Shown piece after piece: positions 60,086-64,000 of a stretch of 64,000 bases of DNA. Both the position numbers and the translations under genes were made by a program. The notes under the pieces were generated by a model that was not told where the DNA came from, ran no database searches, and saw only the letters and a program-made list of their open reading frames with translations. The DNA lies in the IMG/VR virus record IMGVR_UViG_3300045921_000291; one strand, written 5' to 3'. The DNA comes from a virus. Numbering within the stretch: the first letter of the stretch is position 1; the number at the start of each line of letters is the position of its first letter.

Positions 60086-60877
60086 ATGATACTCACCGAT
60101 GAACAGAAGTCATTCTTAAACAAAGTAGTCAGAGGTAAATGGTCAATCAACCCAAATACTTCTTTAATTGATGTAAAAGGTAGCGTAGATATGTCAAATA
60201 TGAATTTGACTGAAATACCTATCAAATTTGGCAACGTAAAAGATAATTTCTTTTGTTATAAAAACCAATTAACTACTCTGGTGGGCTCACCACAATTTAT
60301 TTGGGGTGATTTTGATTGTTCACATAACCAATTGACTAATTTAGAAGGCGCACCTCAATCAGTTGGGGGGGTTTTCTATTGCTATAGTAACAAATTAACT
60401 AGTCTAACAGGAGCACCTAAATCGGTTTGGGATAGTTTCGATTGCTTTAATAACCAATTGACTAGTTTAGAAGGCGCACCTCAATCAGTTGGGGGCAGTT
60501 TCATATGCACTCGTAATAATTTAACTAGTCTGGTAGGTGCACCTCAATCGGTTGGGCACAATTTCGATTGCAGTTGTAATAACTTAACTAGTTTAGTTGG
60601 AGCACCTCAATCGGTTGGGTATAATTTTTCTTGCTCCGATAATGAATTAACTAATTTATTAGGGGCACCTCAATCAGTTGGGGGTTATTTCAATTGCTCC
60701 AATAACAACTTGACTAGTATATTGGGAGTGCCTAAATCGATAGGTCGTTTTTTTTCAATAAACTTAGGTTGTATTGATAAATTGTATCACCGTATAATTG
60801 TACCTGAAATAGAAGAACTAATAAAAAGAGGCATTAAAATACACAATATCGAAGTTTACTATTATCCATATAAATAA
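60086..60877 (+). CDS. LRR protein, 7 modules, slightly C-truncated
   Basis: GAA to TAA after YPYK removes roughly the last dozen residues; decayed cap continues to 60913. Confidence 0.8.
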   Translation: MILTDEQKSFLNKVVRGKWSINPNTSLIDVKGSVDMSNMNLTEIPIKFGNVKDNFFCYKNQLTTLVGSPQFIWGDFDCSHNQLTNLEGAPQSVGGVFYCYSNKLTSLTGAPKSVWDSFDCFNNQLTSLEGAPQSVGGSFICTRNNLTSLVGAPQSVGHNFDCSCNNLTSLVGAPQSVGYNFSCSDNELTNLLGAPQSVGGYFNCSNNNLTSILGVPKSIGRFFSINLGCIDKLYHRIIVPEIEELIKRGIKIHNIEVYYYPYK

Positions 60878-60910
60878 AAATACCATTACCGATAAACTAA
60901 TTGAATTGCC

Positions 60911-61340
60911 ATGATACTCACCAATAAACAGAAACCATTCCTTGATAAAGTAGTCAAGAGTTAAATGGTCAATCAATTCAGATAAAAATCTTATTGATGT
61001 AGAAAGTGATGTAGATATGGCAAGGCGTAATCTGACTAAAATACCAGTAAGCTTTGGTAAGGTAACTGGTGGCTTCCACTGTTAGGGTAACAAATTGACC
61101 AATCTATTAGGGGCACCCCCAATCAGTTGGTGGAAATTTAATTTGCTATAATAACCAATTAACTAGTTTAGTAGTTATACCTCAATCACTTGGGGTGTTT
61201 TAATATAGATTTAGGTGATATAAATCAGGAGTACTGCCATGCCATCATACCTGAAATAGAAGAAATTATGAAAAGAGGTATCAAATTATTCAATCCAGAT
61301 GAGTATTACTACCCACACAAAGAAGCATACTATGTTATGA
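60911..61340 (+). pseudogene. LRR-array pseudogene
   Basis: MILTNKQKPFLDKVV N-cap, several frameshifts and stops, about one module, recognisable C-cap. Confidence 0.8.
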
Positions 61341-62214
61341 TTGTGAATCAGTATAACTAGTAAATCATCAGAAGATGCCTATTTCATTTAAAACGTATCA
61401 TTAAAATTATTTAGTTTGAATCTTGTTCAAATCCGATTATATTTCACAATCATTTATACCTTTATCATTTTTTAATGTAATTACATCCAATATAATACAA
61501 TCATAAAGCATATAGAAAAACTGCTATATAAATAGAATATAATTATAAATTTCTCATAGCCACAAAAATTAGTATGCCTAACTAAATTTAAAAAATATGA
61601 ATAATTAAAAAAAAGTGAAATAGTATTCGATTTATTATACTAGACCGATACCCAAAGTATCACCTTTCCATAACTAATAACCACTTTATGTCGGACAAGA
61701 TAAAACTGTAATTTCGTAATCAGCTAAAAGCTCTCTAAATAAGTCTGCATCCATATCAGTTAAATCCAACCCGTTTAACACCCAACCCAGTATATCCAGT
61801 AGATATAGTTCATCTCACCTACTGATTCATTTAATTCACTTATGTTGTTTTTTTGAATTTTTTTATAACTCACACCTGATAGTGTAACGTCTTAATCCTT
61901 TTCATGTCCGACTTATTAACTTTTAAGCCTTGTTTTTCTGTTATTGTAAATAGGCAATTTAATTCTATGTATTTTATATTTATGTGATTGCAAACGTAAA
62001 ATATTTTAATAAAGAATATGTTATTATTAACAACTTTATTATCATTTCATTTAATCATCACATATTATTTTTCATTGGTCGGTCAGTTAAATAATGATAT
62101 TAAGCAAGTGTTCCAATACATCACCAGTGCTCAATTGATGAAGCGTCACTTGATAGTTACTAACTTATAATTTATGGCTAAAGCTATGAATTTTTTCGAT
62201 TTTTATTTTTATAG

Positions 62215-62242
62215 AAAAAGGGGGGCACGTGCCCCCTTTTTT
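62215..62242. terminator. intrinsic terminator downstream of dut
   Basis: A5-GGGGGG-CACGTG-CCCCC-T6 near-perfect palindrome. Confidence 0.8.
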
Positions 62243-62243
62243 A

Positions 62244-62699
62244 TTATTTAAGTCCAGTGCTACCGAATCCACCTGAACCTCTTTCTGAATCTAAATGGAG
62301 TTCATCCATTTCAGAATCAGTTACCTTTTGTACTTCTGGTAGCTCTACTGGCACAAATATCATTTGTGCTATCTTATCACCTTTATGAACATAGAAAGGT
62401 TCATTCGTTAGATTTGACAGTAGAACCATAACCTCACCTGAATAGGAATAGTCAATTAGACCTGGTGCATTGGTGACAATGATACCTTTACTAGAAAGAC
62501 CAGAGCGAGATAGTACAAGACCTGCTAAATGTGGTTTCATTTTAAGTCTAACACCGGTGCTGATTTTTGAAATCTTACCTGGGTGTACTATTGCATCTGA
62601 CGTGGCTTTGAGGTCATAACCGAAGCTACCCGATTCGGCTCTCCTTAGTTGTTCATCGTGTGGTAATGTTGCTTGAATGTTATCAATGATACTTTTCAT
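62244..62699 (-). CDS. dut: trimeric dUTPase
   Basis: Motifs GYDL, SRSGLS, GLIDYSYSGE, GDKIAQ, RGSGGFGSTG. Confidence 0.95.
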   Translation of the reverse strand: MKSIIDNIQATLPHDEQLRRAESGSFGYDLKATSDAIVHPGKISKISTGVRLKMKPHLAGLVLSRSGLSSKGIIVTNAPGLIDYSYSGEVMVLLSNLTNEPFYVHKGDKIAQMIFVPVELPEVQKVTDSEMDELHLDSERGSGGFGSTGLK

Positions 62700-63210
62700 A
62701 GTATATAGATTTGATATAGGTTACGATTCTAGGTATTATTTGATAGGCTATTCGCTTATGTATATCATAATATATCATGGATGGATTCAATCCGTGTTGA
62801 TAAGCATAATCTTCAACTGACATTTCATGTACACCAGAAAATATGTAATGATTATCTACAATAAATTCAACTTCGCTCGAATTGAATTGAACTCGCAACC
62901 TAAAATTCACTTTACTGCCACGTATTGTCATAGATTCAGATGTGGCTGCATAAGTAATACCATCGGAAGAACTCTCCATTTCTTCAAACCAAATATCACT
63001 TGCATCCAGAACTTCATCTATTTTTGATGCTATATTTATATAGCTTTCTTTATTGAGTAAGGCGTTATTACTGATTGGGACACTGGATATGAATAAAACA
63101 GAATTCCCTTTTTTTATTTGATTGATACTATACTCTTGTTGGGCTTTTAGTTTACTGGTATATGTCAATACAGACAACACCAGTAGCGTAATTGATAGAT
63201 TTTTTTTCAT
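62683..63210 (-). CDS. secreted/periplasmic protein with Bacteroidota-type signal peptide
   Basis: MKKNLSITLLVLSVLTYTSKLKA/QQ; mature part loosely DUF4468-like. Confidence 0.6.
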   Translation of the reverse strand: MKKNLSITLLVLSVLTYTSKLKAQQEYSINQIKKGNSVLFISSVPISNNALLNKESYINIASKIDEVLDASDIWFEEMESSSDGITYAATSESMTIRGSKVNFRLRVQFNSSEVEFIVDNHYIFSGVHEMSVEDYAYQHGLNPSMIYYDIHKRIAYQIIPRIVTYIKSIYYEKYH

Positions 63211-63220
63211 ATGAAAATGG

Positions 63221-63886
63221 TTAAAATTTAGGATATTCGTGTATTTCTTTTATACCATCTATACTGGATATGGTCTTTTTTGTCAATCTGAACTTGTAAT
63301 CAGTTTCAAATTTAGTTATTCTATCTTTACGGTAGATGTGTTTAATTGAATTTATAGTGATTTTATTATCTTTTAGGTCACTGATACATTTATCAGTATA
63401 GTATAGGTATTCATTGTCTATACCGCAGCAATTTACGTTTAAATCAAACTTATCGGTAATTGTTTCGAAAGAAAAAAATGTTTCCTGAACTGGCACTATA
63501 TCTAAAAATACAAACCCTCCACAAATTGACTCTAATACAAAAGACCCAGAGTATGGTCTATATTTATATCCATTGAACAAATTAAATGGTTTATTTTTAA
63601 TGTGATGTGCGATTTCATCAACCATGAATAAATCATATTCGTTTTTTATGAAATTATATTCAGGGTTAATATGATAGCGCAAGGTGTCTCTGACGGCACC
63701 TCCAAGTAATAAAATCTTTTTATTTACATCCTTTATCGTATTTGGTATTTCATTCAATACGAATTTATAATAGAACACACAATTTTCAAGCGTTGGATAT
63801 AGCTCCAGTGCCTCCTTTATGGGTATTTTCACCACTTTGGATAGTTTACTGTGTGAAGATTCTGAATTTTTCATGGTTAATTGCAT
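63221..63886 (-). CDS. divergent class II nucleotidyltransferase (head domain only)
   Basis: LLGGAVRD, EYDLF (DxD to ExD), FLDIV, KFDLNVNC (cf. RDFTINA), terminal RITKF; start uncertain (63904/63886/63874). Confidence 0.65.
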   Translation of the reverse strand: MQLTMKNSESSHSKLSKVVKIPIKEALELYPTLENCVFYYKFVLNEIPNTIKDVNKKILLLGGAVRDTLRYHINPEYNFIKNEYDLFMVDEIAHHIKNKPFNLFNGYKYRPYSGSFVLESICGGFVFLDIVPVQETFFSFETITDKFDLNVNCCGIDNEYLYYTDKCISDLKDNKITINSIKHIYRKDRITKFETDYKFRLTKKTISSIDGIKEIHEYPKF

Positions 63887-63904
63887 TGGTAAATGCCAAT
63901 TCAC

Positions 63905-64000
63905 CTACAAATATACAACATTCTCATCTCCAAAACAAGAGCCTCTATACCATAATTCATCCATCATTACAGAATCAAATCTCATGGCATCTACCAAGTT
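63905..64000 (-). CDS. 3' end of a gene extending beyond the window
   Basis: Open frame ...NLVDAMRFDSVMMDELWYRGSCFGDENVVYL-stop at 63905. Confidence 0.5.
   Translation of the reverse strand, partial: NLVDAMRFDSVMMDELWYRGSCFGDENVVYL
63908..63938 (-). promoter_or_regulatory. Bacteroidota sigma70-type promoter inside the upstream gene
   Basis: Minus strand TTG-N20-TATATTTG. Confidence 0.55.

Noticed and set aside
38165-61340. Diversity-generating retroelement as the source of LRR variation
   Set aside because: Many variable codons are NNT, which superficially fits A-to-N mutagenesis, but there is no reverse transcriptase or non-coding template repeat in the window, paralogs differ at many non-adenine and synonymous sites, and variation includes module-number changes. 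A genome-wide RT/TR search would be needed to revive the idea.
1-64000. tRNA, rRNA, integrase or IS elements
   Set aside because: No cloverleaf with T-loop GTTCRA, rRNA-like tract, recombinase or transposase motif was seen by eye; a tRNAscan/Infernal run would be needed to exclude them formally.

Overview
This 64 kb window is an AT-rich (roughly two-thirds A+T by eye) segment of a T4-related jumbo myophage genome. It encodes gp46/gp47 (Rad50/Mre11-like) nuclease subunits, a gp13-like neck protein, the large terminase with a divergent candidate small terminase, a gp25 baseplate wedge protein, UvsW helicase, a tape-measure-like protein, about nine fibre/adhesin genes, a CCA-adding enzyme plus a second divergent nucleotidyltransferase, an M16 peptidase, MarC, a WYL-domain protein, a 2H phosphoesterase and dUTPase. 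The host is very probably a Bacteroidota: non-structural genes follow TTG-N20-TAnnTTTG promoters and one secreted protein has an AQ/Q signal-peptide cleavage site. Structural genes instead follow an RATATATA box, often only 2-10 nt before the ATG. The most striking feature is two tandem arrays (37.6-40.3 kb and 56.1-61.3 kb) holding 13 paralogous copies of one leucine-rich-repeat gene. Each has fixed N- and C-caps around 1-11 variable 21-aa (63-bp) modules, with variation focused on the predicted binding face, traces of recent module shuffling, and interspersed pseudogenes. This looks like a VLR-style diversified binder repertoire. A second candidate system is a set of late genes with T4-like capsid-targeting N-termini, including the CCA enzyme, the WYL protein and (more weakly) an Acb1-like 2H phosphoesterase, suggesting an injected counter-defence/RNA-repair payload. 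I saw no tRNA, rRNA, CRISPR array, integrase or reverse transcriptase. All family calls come from motif recognition by eye; no database search was run.
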